Below are positions 12,301 to 23,174 of a DNA stretch of 32,465 bases, piece after piece (positions within the stretch are counted from its first letter, which is position 1; each line of letters begins with the position of its first letter). A model generated the notes under the pieces. That model was not told where the DNA came from. It did no database searches and worked only from the letters and a program-made list of their open reading frames with translations. Position numbers and translations under genes: made by a program. The stretch is from Pseudogymnoascus verrucosus (lineage: Eukaryota): NCBI GenBank assembly GCA_001662655.1, contig KV460296.1; one strand, written 5' to 3'.

Positions 12301-12452
12301 CACACGATCTAAGGGAGAAGAAGAAAGAATATGTCGTACTAAGGCTCGATTCAGATCATCATGGGCTTGGCTCTGGAAGCTGTGGGCCGAAGACAAGGAA
12401 AGAGTACGCATTGAAACCAGGAAATTTTGAGTTTGAGATTGAACTAGAATGA
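9369..12452 (+). CDS. GH2 beta-galactosidase (LacZ/LAC4-like, 1027 aa, intronless, no signal peptide)
   Basis: LRFEGVDSAF, YLEDQDQWRMSGIFRDV, GVNRHEHHP, RDKNHPSVVMWSLGNE (acid/base), PLILCEYIHSMGN (nucleophile), YGGDF, WFGRGPGESY.DKK, and small-chain C-terminal GLGSGSCGP. Confidence 0.96.
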   Translation: MANRFPSSRPDWSNIDVIHRGLLPPRSYFFLYETESSALNGSRDLSQSINLSGVWKFHHSANPFEAPGQFENPTNDTTNWKDIRVPGHWQLQGWGKPHYSNINYIIPVDPPNVPFDANETGSYVTKFSVPTTFTDEQLRLRFEGVDSAFHVYVNGVMVGYSQGSRNPAEFDIMSTVKMEEENVLAVRVYQFCDGTYLEDQDQWRMSGIFRDVLLLAFPKDHIKDFQVQTLLDDDFKNAYLKVKVTTEGRGLIDLKLLDSRGVTIATESMQGSDHPTVFNIAMTEPKKWSAEDPYLYKLILSFGGRFIAQNVGFRTVEIKDGIFKVNGKRIVLRGVNRHEHHPMHGRAVPYDFMKHDLLLMKKYNINAIRTAHQPPDPRFFSLADELGFWVIDEADLECHGFSAIDKLMLSDDEKKLPYAEKINLIYTRPGRFTTDNPAWKGQHVDRAVQLCMRDKNHPSVVMWSLGNEAFYGCNIKSMYDAIRALDTTRPIHYEGDRQGETVDLLSKMYLSIEELISFGKEPNFTKPLILCEYIHSMGNGPGNIKEYIDTFYEYPRLQGGCAWEWANQGLTANTPNSGPFYAYGGDFNDEPNDSTFVLDGMCFSDHTPTPGLVEYKKAIEPVQLKGIAGGEVTIVNRYDLVTLDHLKCHGFLVADGHKRFLGEILIPTDIHPHTTAELALPPLDTFGIEGEIYLELNFTLKDATIWADRVHNVSSSQLQLCAPVKEASRDAADNMPPPTLHKTPTTLIIAAAESTWIFSTISGKVISWKKYTTELFHSSLGPEFDVNRAETDNDRRHDAVDWKEKFIHLSKGYTKSVEWSINASDSSIGVIVETRLAPLALSWYINITTKYTFQSDGSLNIHCSGNPGGETLPLTLPRIGFTMGLPQSFNKVEWFGRGPGESYKDKKLSQLFGNWTSTVENLFTNYEFPQEGSNRTDVRWVKLDSGEASIKAKFGKQDGFSFTATYYTWKDLYESKHPHDLREKKKEYVVLRLDSDHHGLGSGSCGPKTRKEYALKPGNFEFEIELE

Positions 12453-13007
12453 AGATACAAGAAACTATTATCGAGCTTTGTTCACGTCATAAACTTCCCC
12501 TCAACATCGCTTCCAATGTACATGCAAGTGTGATACGCCTAATGAATGTTATAGCGCACACTGAACCGTCCCATTAATCACATTATTACGACTTGCCGAT
12601 CGTAGAAGCAGTTGGGCAGGGAAAAATACTCATAGATTTCTCTTGTTTTAAAGATAGGTTGGGAATACTAGCAAATACCGTCGTACTTTGATTTTGTTGT
12701 TAAGACTGGCTATAGATCTTCCTAAGTTCGTCGCTTCTAGAATAGTAACGTCTGTCATGATGGCTGTCGATTGATTTCGTTGAGGATCTGCACTGCACCC
12801 AAGCTTGTATGCTACTTGTTGCGTTCTCGTGGTTGGTAGTAGTTATAAAAAAATTCTCAAAACATTAGACAACAATCCAAATAATAATGTTCAGGTTTAT
12901 ACTACGAGTATATTGAACTGCAGTTGAGGGAAGTTTTTGTAGCATAACTAAGTTGTTCGGCACATTGTGACTGAAATGACTTGAGACTCTTCCTCTCCTC
13001 AGGCCCC

Positions 13008-14870
13008 TTAGACAGAAACAGATTTTGCCTCGACATGGAGCGTGTTGAGCACGGTCTGGACGTTCTTAGCCTGGAGACTCATCTTGACTGGATTATCCGC
13101 CTGAAACACTTCATCTAGTTCTTCGAGTGTTCGTCCTTTAGTCTCTGGCCAGAAGAAATAGATGACTATGAGCTCGAGGACATCCCAGCAAATGAAGCAG
13201 ATATAGAAGTAGTACATCATATGCTGGAACGCAGGACCAGACGAGTATTGGATAATAGCAGAGGAGCAGGCTGTGAAGAACTGGGCCAATGACTTGCCCT
13301 TTGCACGCGTAGGTGTGTCTAAACATTCCACGACGTACATTGGAGAAAGCGGGGTCCAAGCGAAGGAGAATACGATCCCAAACAGGTAGATGAATGCAAT
13401 GCTAGTATTTGCCGCAGCTGAGTTATCCGGGTTCTCCTTGGCCAGCTTCGAAACCGGAGTGAGGATGACAAAGCAACAAATGCAGGCCATAAGTGAAGAC
13501 ATAAGCAGCGGCCTTCTTCCAGCCTTGTCTAGCAACATAGCTCCTGCCAATGAAGCAATGAAGCAGAGAGGTGCGTTAATACCGTTAAGTAGAAGCTTTC
13601 TCTGCTGGGATATGATTCCAGCATTTTCAAGCATCACTGGCAGATAGTAACTGGTGACTGAGTTTCCGGACCACTGACCGAATACGGCCATTGTCAAAAC
13701 AGGTACCAAGCGGCGACGATGAGACCGAGTATCCCATAGCTCCCTATAGTCCCACCAACTCTTGTCGGATCCTGTAGTCGAGATTTGATATTCCATTTCT
13801 GCCATTTGAAGCTTAACAATGGGGTGTTCAGGATCACCTTCACCATGATAACGGGCCAAGACAGCGCGTGCGGATTCGTTGCGTCCGTGGCTTATAAGCC
13901 ATCGTGGAGATTCAGGTAATAACCAAACGAATAGGGCGATCAGGCCGCTAGCGATGAGTTGACAATATAGAGGAATACGCCACCCGTTGGGCTTGTCCCG
14001 GGCAGCGTAGACAACCCATGCAGCCAATATTGAACCAATGTACCTATCAATGTAATATTAGCTTCATATCCTATGAGAATGTGCAAACTGTTGATAATTA
14101 ATACAGAGAATTAAGCCTGCTTACCAGAAGCAATTATAAACTCCCGACAGAGGCCCACGAAATGCAGGGTGAGCCAATTCCCCAACATAGATGGGTCCGC
14201 TGACATTTGCAAAGCAAACCCCGAACCCAAGAACAAATCGCCCTCCCATGAACATATCATGGTTTTTTGCAGACGCAGTAATAGCTGTTCCCATGACGAC
14301 AATAAGTGACCCGGTAAACATACCAGCACGCCTGCCCCAGTAATCGTTCACAGGCCCTACAAATGGTACAGCACATGCGGACCCTGTTTGAAAGCGTTAG
14401 CGGTCACGTATTTCATGATTCATTCACAGACTACTTTGAACGTACCGACGTTGTAGATGGCAAAAATGAGGCCAGTGCTCGAGGACGCGCTCACCCTGTA
14501 ATGGTATTAATAATGTGACAAGGCATACAGTGGTAAGGAAGAAATACATGTTGAAAAACTTTTGGTATGAAACCATAGCGTTGATCCCCCTAGGAATTTA
14601 TATTAGCAATGAGAGTATTAGTTGAAATTAGAGCGTGGCTACAAACCCCATAACAGAACCGTCAAAGCCGTTCATAGTTGCACAAAGGTAACCGATCAAC
14701 AAGCAACCATACAGACGCATCATGCTTAGAGAAAATATAGGGTACGTGGCTTGAATAGCACCATTGGCAATGCTAGTTGCCTCCATGGCATTTACGACGG
14801 CGTCGTCTCCGATGTTGCCCAAATGTTCGTCATGAGCAATGCGCTCGTCAAGCTTCTCGTTGGCCGCCAT
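13008..14870 (-). CDS. MFS sugar porter of the lactose-permease/cellodextrin-transporter type
   Basis: Exons 14870-14647, 14589-14548, 14495-14446, 14383-14125, 14043-13008. Motifs MNGFDGSVMGGINAM, NDYWGRR, GRFVLGFG, ELAHP.FRG..YNCFWYIGS, PESPRWL, GQWSGN, DKAGRRPL, PETKGRTLEE. Confidence 0.93.
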
Positions 14871-15270
14871 GAGAAATTTATATCCTGTATGGTTCCGTAA
14901 AAGGAAATGTCTGGCACGAATAGCGTAAGGAGAAAGGAGTTGCCGTGGTGAGGAGACAGAAAGTATTCACGTAGGGTCAGTTGACATCTTATATATATCC
15001 GATGAAGATGTCTACGAAAGCACCTGATGTCTGCAGACTTGGGCGGTTCTAGGTACAACAAATATGGGGACAAAATAGTCTAGAGCCAAAACAATCCGGG
15101 GTTGCGGGGTCGCATGAACTCTGGGGCAGCTGTAATTCGTATAGTATAGTAGTGTTTTGTATGCTTATTTTCTCACTGTTCGGCGATTCGAGTGGGTTAG
15201 CCCGACAGGGCAAACCAAACTAAAAGCAAAGGCTGGACGGGACAACTTTTGCTACCCCCTCCTCGGCTGC

Positions 15271-15282
15271 ATTACTCCGCGG
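15271..15282 (-). promoter_or_regulatory. Candidate cluster-regulator site CCGCGGAGTAAT in the divergent permease/TF promoter
   Basis: Plus strand ATTACTCCGCGG(C); identical 13-mer GCCGCGGAGTAAT to 8878-8890. Confidence 0.55.
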
Positions 15283-15500
15283 CAACTCTGGTCCAACCAA
15301 ATTTGCTCAACGCTAAGAGGCTTACGCACTCGCCGACTCCTTGGTTCATTTAGAGTCACCTTGATGAGCTAGATTATCCCGTTCTGCCGCTTATTTCATT
15401 TATTAAAGGATCCCTTCCTTAAGTGGACCGACAGTCTCTACTTATTTGTCCGACTTCGCACCAACCTCTATTCCTTCCCTCTCCGCGGACATTCTCCTCA

Positions 15501-17305
15501 ATGGCCTCTAGAAGAGGGTCGACGGTTACTCGTGCTTGTGATTCGTGTCGTATGCGTAAGGTCAAATGTGATGTAGGTGCTCCAGTAGCTGTTCTAATGG
15601 CTACTAATGTAAACGTAGGCATCAGAGGATTGCTCCAATTGCCGACTTTCTGGTCTTCCTTGCCAATACACCTCTGCGCGGAGAAAGCGGGGCCCCAAGG
15701 TGACCAGGGCACTGAGGGCTATAGAGAAAGCACGTCAAGCCACGCCTAATGCATATACTCCTGCCCTGGAGGACCGTTTGCCTTCCAATGAGGGCCCGAT
15801 GTTCCCGCCTACTCCATCCATTTGGGCAGATAGCCAAGGGCAGCAAGGACACGAAGACCTCACCCCATCTTTTAGCGGTACAGAAATCGTGCCAACAACG
15901 GAATCCGCTGGAGCAATCCGTGATAGTTTGGTGCAGTCGATGAACTGCTCAATTCCATCTATTCCTGCTCTTAATGTCATCAACCTCTGTATAGAACTCT
16001 ACATGAAATACACGTTTCCAACGGCCCCATGTGTGCATGAACCCACTCTTCAGGCAAGCGCCAACAAGTTCTTTGCGGAAGATTCTAGCGCACAACTGTT
16101 TGGCACAGGTAGTTGGGGGGACAAAGTAGTAGACATGAGGGCATTCACTCTGCTCACCGCCGTATGCGCGTCGGTGGCGTCTGTTTTGCCCAAGTCCTTA
16201 CTCCCGTATCAGGAGGCTCTCGCAGAGCCATGTCTCAAGGCTTCCCGAAATATGCTAAAGGTCTTCGAGGACTTTGATATCGAACACCCATGTGCCACTT
16301 CAATTATTTCGAGATCATTGCACTCTACAGCTTTGCAACAAATCACTGGGAAAAGCGCATTGGCATACCATATCCTCGGGCAAGCTACTTTGCTACTTCA
16401 AACTATGCGTCTTTATCGTGAAGATGCCTTGAGCAGCCATAATGCACTTCAGGCCCAACTACTTCGAAATGCTTTCTGGCAATTATTCGCAGCAGACAAA
16501 GCGTCAGCCTGTCTAGGCAGCCGTCCGTTTGTGCTTCATGAGATGTTGTTTGGCGAAGAACTGACCTTGCGCTTAAGCGGAGAAACTATGGTGCCACTGA
16601 TGAGCACATCCAGTCCTTGGTTTGAAGAGACATTAGAAGGAAAGATTCTACTAGGATTCCATTTTATTCCTCGCCTCTGGTCTACGGCTGCCAGCCTTCT
16701 CTCTGATATAAAGGCATATGGAGGAGTAGACGAGGATGCTGAGATGAAGACCCGACTAATACAAGATTACGTGGTATTTTCCGGCATTCTTGATGAACTT
16801 CCACAGTGGCTACAGACCTCTAGTCTTATTGTTTGTAGTGAAGACGGAAGGGCCACCCAATGTCAAAGAACTATGTTCTGGGTTCAGCGATGCACGATCA
16901 TGGTAACTTACCAATGTTTAAGGCTTGTCATTCTGCAACAATGCATTAATAGCAAGGCCTGGGATATTATAGGTTTGAATGGCCTGGCTCTTACTATAGC
17001 AATGGCGAAGATCGGCATAATTTATGATTTCATTCAGACACTAGAGGATATTCCATTTGTTTATCTCCAAGTCAAGGGAGAGCCAACAGTTAGTAGCCAC
17101 TGTGGATCTAGGACGGGCCAGCTGCTGATTTTAGTTCTAGGTGCAAAGGATTCGTGTAGTTGGCAGCGTTTTGCTTGAGATGACTTTCAATCCTGAGAAT
17201 GAGACTATACAAGAACGTGCAAAGAATTATTTTGTTAAACTTCTAGATATATTAGGTAGGCTGGACTCAAAGGCTTCAGATGAAATGAGCAGCTGGCAGC
17301 CGTGA
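15501..17305 (+). CDS. Zn(II)2Cys6 transcription factor (probable regulator of the glycoside cluster)
   Basis: Exons 15501-15572, 15619-17088, 17141-17305. Splicing gives ACDSCRMRKVKCD-ASEDCSNCRLSGLPC..RKRGPK. Middle-homology region LRNAFWQLFAADK; C-terminus KGEPT-VQRIRVVGSVLL..LLDILGRLDSKASD. Confidence 0.92.
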
Positions 17306-17539
17306 AACAAATACAGCGAAATACACGGGATATGATATAGGTGTGTTTCAAATGAAAGTTTACAATATCGGGAAACTTAAGTGTCAAAGCGACTCATTGT
17401 TATTCTGTCTTAAAATAATCTACTGTGCATTATCACTTTATTTGGAGGGCCCATACCACTGTGGTTCCCTCCCAACCTTGTATTCACTTGCCCCGCCTTA
17501 TTTCTATAGCTCCTCGGAAGTATGCATAATGGGCTTTGT

Positions 17540-17551
17540 CCGCGGAGAAAT
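17540..17551 (+). promoter_or_regulatory. Candidate cluster-regulator site CCGCGGAGAAAT (GH3 promoter)
   Basis: Matches the shared motif; a second CCGCGG lies at 17677-17682, just before TATATAAA. Confidence 0.5.
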
Positions 17552-17783
17552 ACAACATAGCACAGTTATCGAGTACAAGGCTGCAAATTAAGCAATCTGT
17601 ATCTTGAGTTCCTACAACCGCGCTAGTAATAAGATTCGACCTCACTAGTTTCTAGATGTTTACCACAGAATGATAACCGCGGTAGGGGTATATAAACAAC
17701 ACTTTATCAAATCAAACCAGTCCCATTTGTTAGCAAAATTCTCGCCGCTTCTACATAAGCTGCCGTCACACATACGTTGCAGA

Positions 17784-20527
17784 ATGTTGTCCCCAAGTCT
17801 TACTGATGACAAGTTTGACGGCATTGTTAATCAGCTTTCACTACCAGAAAAGGTTGGCCTGCTCTCTGGAGCCGGTGCTTGTCGTACGTCTGGGTTGCAG
17901 AGGCTGAATATACCCAGCCTTAACGTAAGCCTTTCTAAATATTGTTTAATAGCTGTTTGGACTCTAACTGTTGAGGTCTAGACATCAGATGGCCCACATG
18001 GCCTACGTGGTGGCGGCGGCCGCTTCTTCAATCCCGTACGTACCAAATACTGATAAGCCTATGTATCCGGGGCATCATCTGAGTTAATGCTTACCTACTA
18101 TACAGCCACCGGGGTACCAATTGCCATCTGCAACGGCAATTGGGGCAACCTTTGATGTCAACTTGATGCATCGTATTGGAAACTTGTTAGGCGACGAGGG
18201 CAGACGCAAAGAAGTGCATGTCGNNNNNNNNNNNNNNNNNNNNNNNNNNNGAAGACCCTGTTCTCAGCGGGACCCTGGCACTGCATTACATCAATGGCCT
18301 CCAAGAGCGCCAGGTTGCTGCCTGTATCAAGCACTACGCAGCACACGACCAATCCGCCATGGCGACTGAAGATGATGTCCATATGACGGAACGAACGTTA
18401 CGTGAAATTCACCTTATGCCGTTCCAAATTGCAATGAAGTCCCAGCCATGGGCGTTTATGGCATCGTATAATCGCATCAATGGTCTTCATGTGAGCGAGA
18501 GCCCATTTATGTTGACAGAGATTCTCCGCAAGGAATGGAAGTTTGATGGCCTGGTCATGAGTGACTGGTGGGGCACTTACAGCACTTCCGAGGCCGTCAA
18601 CGCTGGCCTCGATTTAGAAATGCCCGGACCTGCCATTTGGAGAGGCAAGCAGTTGGTTTCCGCAGTCGAATGTCGGAAAGTGCCAATGAAAGCGATAGAT
18701 ACTGCCGTTAGGAACGTACTAAAGCTTGTAGACAGAACCCACAACCCTACCGCTCCTAGAGAGAACGAAACTGGAGATACAGAAGAAAGTCGAGCACTAA
18801 CCCGAAAAGTGGCCGCCGATGCCATTGTCCTTCTAAAAAATCATAGACACATCCTTCCACTGGCTAAAGAATCAATTCAGACAATCGGCTTGATTGGCGA
18901 ACACTTTAAAATACCAGCTACTTGCGGAGGGGGAAGCTCAGAAGTAGCCCCTTTCTACGTTAGTACACCATTTGATGCAATCGTGGAAGCACTGGGTGCC
19001 GACAGGATTCAGTACCATGATGGTTGTTATTGTGAGTCGCTTGGTCCCTGGAGAACCCCCTTTCCAAACTCTAGCTGACAATCTCAGCCCGCAGATGGAC
19101 TCCATTAATAACAAGTGGCCTTACTATTCCTAAATCCCCAGAACCTGGTTTACTCCTTGAATGGTTTGGAGAAGATCCGACTAAAGTCAACGGCACTCCA
19201 TGCGTTCATTCTACAACAACATTAAGTACATCTATGTATTTTAGCCAAATGATATTGGAATCTGTGCCAGATACCCATTTCATTCGGATCAAGACAATTT
19301 TTGCACCAGAGGAGACCTGCAAATATCGCTTCGCTCTTAGTGTCTGTGGGAAGGCAAAGCTTATCATTAACGGAAGAGAAGTGGTTGATCTATGGACAGA
19401 CCATCCCAAAAAGACAGCCGACACCCCTTGTTTTAACAAGCTATCAATGGAAAGGCTGATAGATCTCGATGTGGAATTTGGCCAAAAGTATGACATCGTC
19501 ATTATTATGACAAATGAGACCGACAAAGCACATATTGGACCTACTCCACCTGGTGGTGTTCGCCTTGGAGGGCAGAAAATTCGAGATGAGGACGAGGCCA
19601 TTAATGAGGCCGTGGATTTGGCACGAAATGTTGACATTCCAATTGTGTTGGCCGGCTTGAGTTCTGATTACGAATATGAGGCTTCCGATCGTGCAAGTCT
19701 AAAACTGCCAGGTCGAATGGATGAAATGATACAGCGAGTTGCTGAAGCCAACCCAAAAACAGTGAGTGTGTGAACTTTCCCAGAGAGACTGGATGCTGAA
19801 TATATCACAGATTGTAATCACTCAGGCCGGAATGCCTTTTGAGATGCCTTGGATCGAGGCCACAGATACTCTTGTACATGCTTGGCTAGGCGGCCAGGAG
19901 ACAGGACATGCAATTGCTGATGTATTATTGGGGGCCGTCAATCCGTCAGGGAGACTGTCAATAACATTTCCGAGGCGACTCGAAGACACCCCGACATTCT
20001 TGAACTTTGGTAAAGCCGACCGTCACATCGTCTATGGTGAAGGTATTTTTGTTGGACATCGGTATTATGAGATGATTGACCGACCACCGCTCTTTTATTT
20101 TGGATATGGCCTATCATACACTGATTTTGAGTACTCGAACTTGATTGTCCCAGATGTAGTTTGCCCTAGGGTGGTTGGAGGGATGAACGATGTCGTTTTC
20201 AACATTTCGGTAGACGTTACTAACGTGGGAACCTATGACGGTTCAGAGGTCATTCAGGTGTACATTACAGATCTGGAGTGCTCAGTTCAACGGCCTAAAA
20301 AAGAATTTAAGGCTTTCCAGAAGGTCTATCTCGCCAAGGGGGAAAGGCGAACTTGCCATTTTACCTTAGATAAATACGCGCTCTCCTTCTGGTCTGAGGA
20401 ACATTCCCAATGGATAACGGAAGCAGGTGATTTTGTAGTAGTCATTGCTACCAGCGCTGACCCTGCAGATGAACTACTTCGAGTATCTTTTACTGTAACA
20501 GAGACCTTCTTATGGTCTGGCCTTTGA
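17784..20527 (+). CDS. GH3 beta-glucosidase, intracellular type with probable PA14 insert and FN3-like C-terminus
   Basis: Exons 17784-17924, 17982-18035, 18106-19031 (N-gap 18224-18250), 19088-19761, 19811-20527. Motifs [41 protein letters not shown] (nucleophile), [39 protein letters not shown]. No signal peptide. Confidence 0.94.
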
Positions 20528-21954
20528 AGTAGATACTGGGAGTGGCTCATCTACATCTTTAATACGAAGTCTTAATCTATCGCATCGAATTCGTTTTAAG
20601 GGCAGATTTTAAATGACCAAAATAGCGTTAGATGTGGCATAATGAGCAATAATGCCTAAGTCTCTCAATTTCAAATCAACCTAAGAGTAGATGTGGCATT
20701 ATATGTCTTCTGTTTTAGACCACTCCGATACTTTCGTCACATTTGACTAGAAGCCAAATTTTGGTCACGACGATTAATAGTCGCGAAATTCCGTGGCAGC
20801 GGCATATAATCCATATTTCCTGATCCTGGGCATACTGGGTGAGGATCTGATATTCATATTANNNNNNNNNNNNNNNNNNNNNNNNNNNNNNNNNNNNNNN
20901 NNNNNNNNNNNNNTTCCTTACCCAGCGCATAACAGCGCGCTTCTACCGCCTGCCCGGCTCCTCCTCCCCGCTGCCGCAGCCGCGCCAGCGACCCCCGGCG
21001 GTGGCGGCGGCGCACAGGCCACCAAACTCCCTCCGCTGAGCCCCTTGCCGCCTTAAGCGTGAGCAGGGTGAGGCGACGCGATGTTCTCGTGTCAATCTCA
21101 ACCAATGCGCTGCCGCAAGGAGTAAAAGAAAGAAAACAACACGTCGAGGACGCAAGTACGGAAGATGGGATGACGAGGTTATACCTAGATTGTCCCTCTT
21201 AAGACATAAATGCCGTGAAAGCATGGCTCGAATCTACCACCCTCTTCTACCGCCCCGGGAAAATCATCCCCGCCCCCATACCCCTCCACGCCATATCAAT
21301 GCATTCCTAAGGCGCAAGCAAGCAACCCTTCCCTCGCCACCTCTAGAATTAAACCTCATGGAAGAAATGGTTGTTGGGTGGGATATATGGCAAACCTCTT
21401 TCTCTGGCGAGAAAGCAAGTCAAGTTAGAGATAGTCGCATCGCATTAATGAGTGCAGAAACGCTGTCACAGACAGCTGGAACTATTCGGTCGGGTTCTAG
21501 AACTGCTTAGTCAGTTCAACAGACTGTTATCTTCACCAAGATCAAACCTAGTTAGGTCAAAGTAATAGTTCCACTTGCTCGCCTAGCTCGCTACAGGCGC
21601 TGATTGACCAGCACGTAATTAAGTGGGTTTACGGGCGACTTGTTTCCCGCGTGCCCCTCAATATCCAGTTGCTTTCAAATCAAATAGCTTCAGCTTTGTT
21701 GAATGTAGAGCCGTAGAATAAGGACAAACTATCTTATAACTTAGCTCTTAATAGATAAACTTACGCTAGTTCTTAGTACCATGTTGAATGACGTTGTATA
21801 CGCCGTGCGTATTTTCTGCCATGAAGCTATTTGAAGGCCGCGAAGCCCTCGCAGCCAACGACGCTATAAAAAATCAAGCACAATATCTCACCTTCTCGAC
21901 CAAACGAAAAATCCACCTAACAGATATCTCAAGTCATACAAGAGTATAGGCAAC

Positions 21955-23002
21955 ATGGTTTCTTTCACAGTATTCAGGGGTTCGAAAGAGGGGTCCATCG
22001 TAGAAGGAACTACAACCAGAGAAATACGTGAGGATGAGGTACTCGTGAAGGTGACACACTCGGGTGTTTGTGGAACAGATGAGCATCGGAGGCACACGGA
22101 TATGGTACTTGGACACGAAGGAGTCGGAATAATCGAGGTGAGCGGCTCCAGTCTTGCACCTAAAATTGTATGGCTCCTAATCATCTCTGTAATAGGATAT
22201 CGGAAGCGCCGTCAAAAGCCACTCAATCGGCGAGCATGTTGGGTGGGGATATTTTCACAACTCATGCGGTGTTTGCAAGCAGTGCCTGTTGGGGAGAGAT
22301 AATCTCTGTGCGCAAGTTGAGAAGTACGGCAAATCAAACCTAGATCAGGGATCCTTTGGCACCTACGCGGTCTGGAAAGCATCATTTGTATTCAAACTTC
22401 CATCAACGATAAGTCTGGAAAACGCAGCACCTCTAATGTGCGGCGGAGCCACGGTTTTCCATGTGTTAAAGAGCTCGAATGTTAAATCATCAGACCGAGT
22501 CGGCGTCGTCGGAATCGGGGGCCTAGGCCATCTCGCTATTCAATATGCCGCCAAGATGGGCTGTGCGGTCGTCGCTTTCTCTGGCACAGAAGACAAGAAG
22601 GAAGAAGCCATGAGGTTAGGCGCAACACAATTCGTCGCCACAGCAGGAGTGGAAACGCTCGATATTGGAGAGCCGCTCGACCACCTCTTGGTCACCACAT
22701 CGTTTCAACCGGACTGGGACCGTTTTCTGGCTATCATGGCGCCACAGGGAAGCATCTACCCTGTCACGGTCAGCGATCACAATCTGAGCATTCCTCCCGG
22801 TGTAGTGATTGGCAAGGAGCTGCGAATCATAGGCTCACTAGTTGCTCCGCGTCAGGTGTATCGGGAGATGATCGATTTTACTGCCTTGCACAATATCAAG
22901 CCAATCATTGAAACATTTCCCATGACGGCACAAGGAGCCACCGAGGCAATGGATAAGCTGCGAGCTGGAAAGATGAGGTACAGAGGGGTGTTAGCCGCTT
23001 AG
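21955..23002 (+). CDS. Zn-dependent medium-chain alcohol dehydrogenase (cinnamyl-ADH/Adh6-like)
   Basis: Exons 21955-22137 and 22196-23002. Motifs SGVCGTD, LGHEGVG, structural Zn CGVCKQC..C, AAPLMCGG, GIGGLGH, GKMRYRGVL. Confidence 0.93.
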
Positions 23003-23174
23003 TGTAGACAGTTTGTATTTTTTGTATCTACAGGAGCATACAGAGTCTTACCAATTCATTTATGATCACTGTTTAGACCTGCGGTTCGTCTACGTGACAA
23101 CAGTTGATAGAAAAATAAATGGTAAAAACAGAGATTCATTTCTTTAAATATATATTAAGCTAGCTTTTCATTAA

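Noticed and set aside
18224..18250. Apparent frameshifts in GH3 (also in GT17 and the second TF)
   Set aside because: They coincide with N-gaps of estimated length and are not evidence of pseudogenisation.
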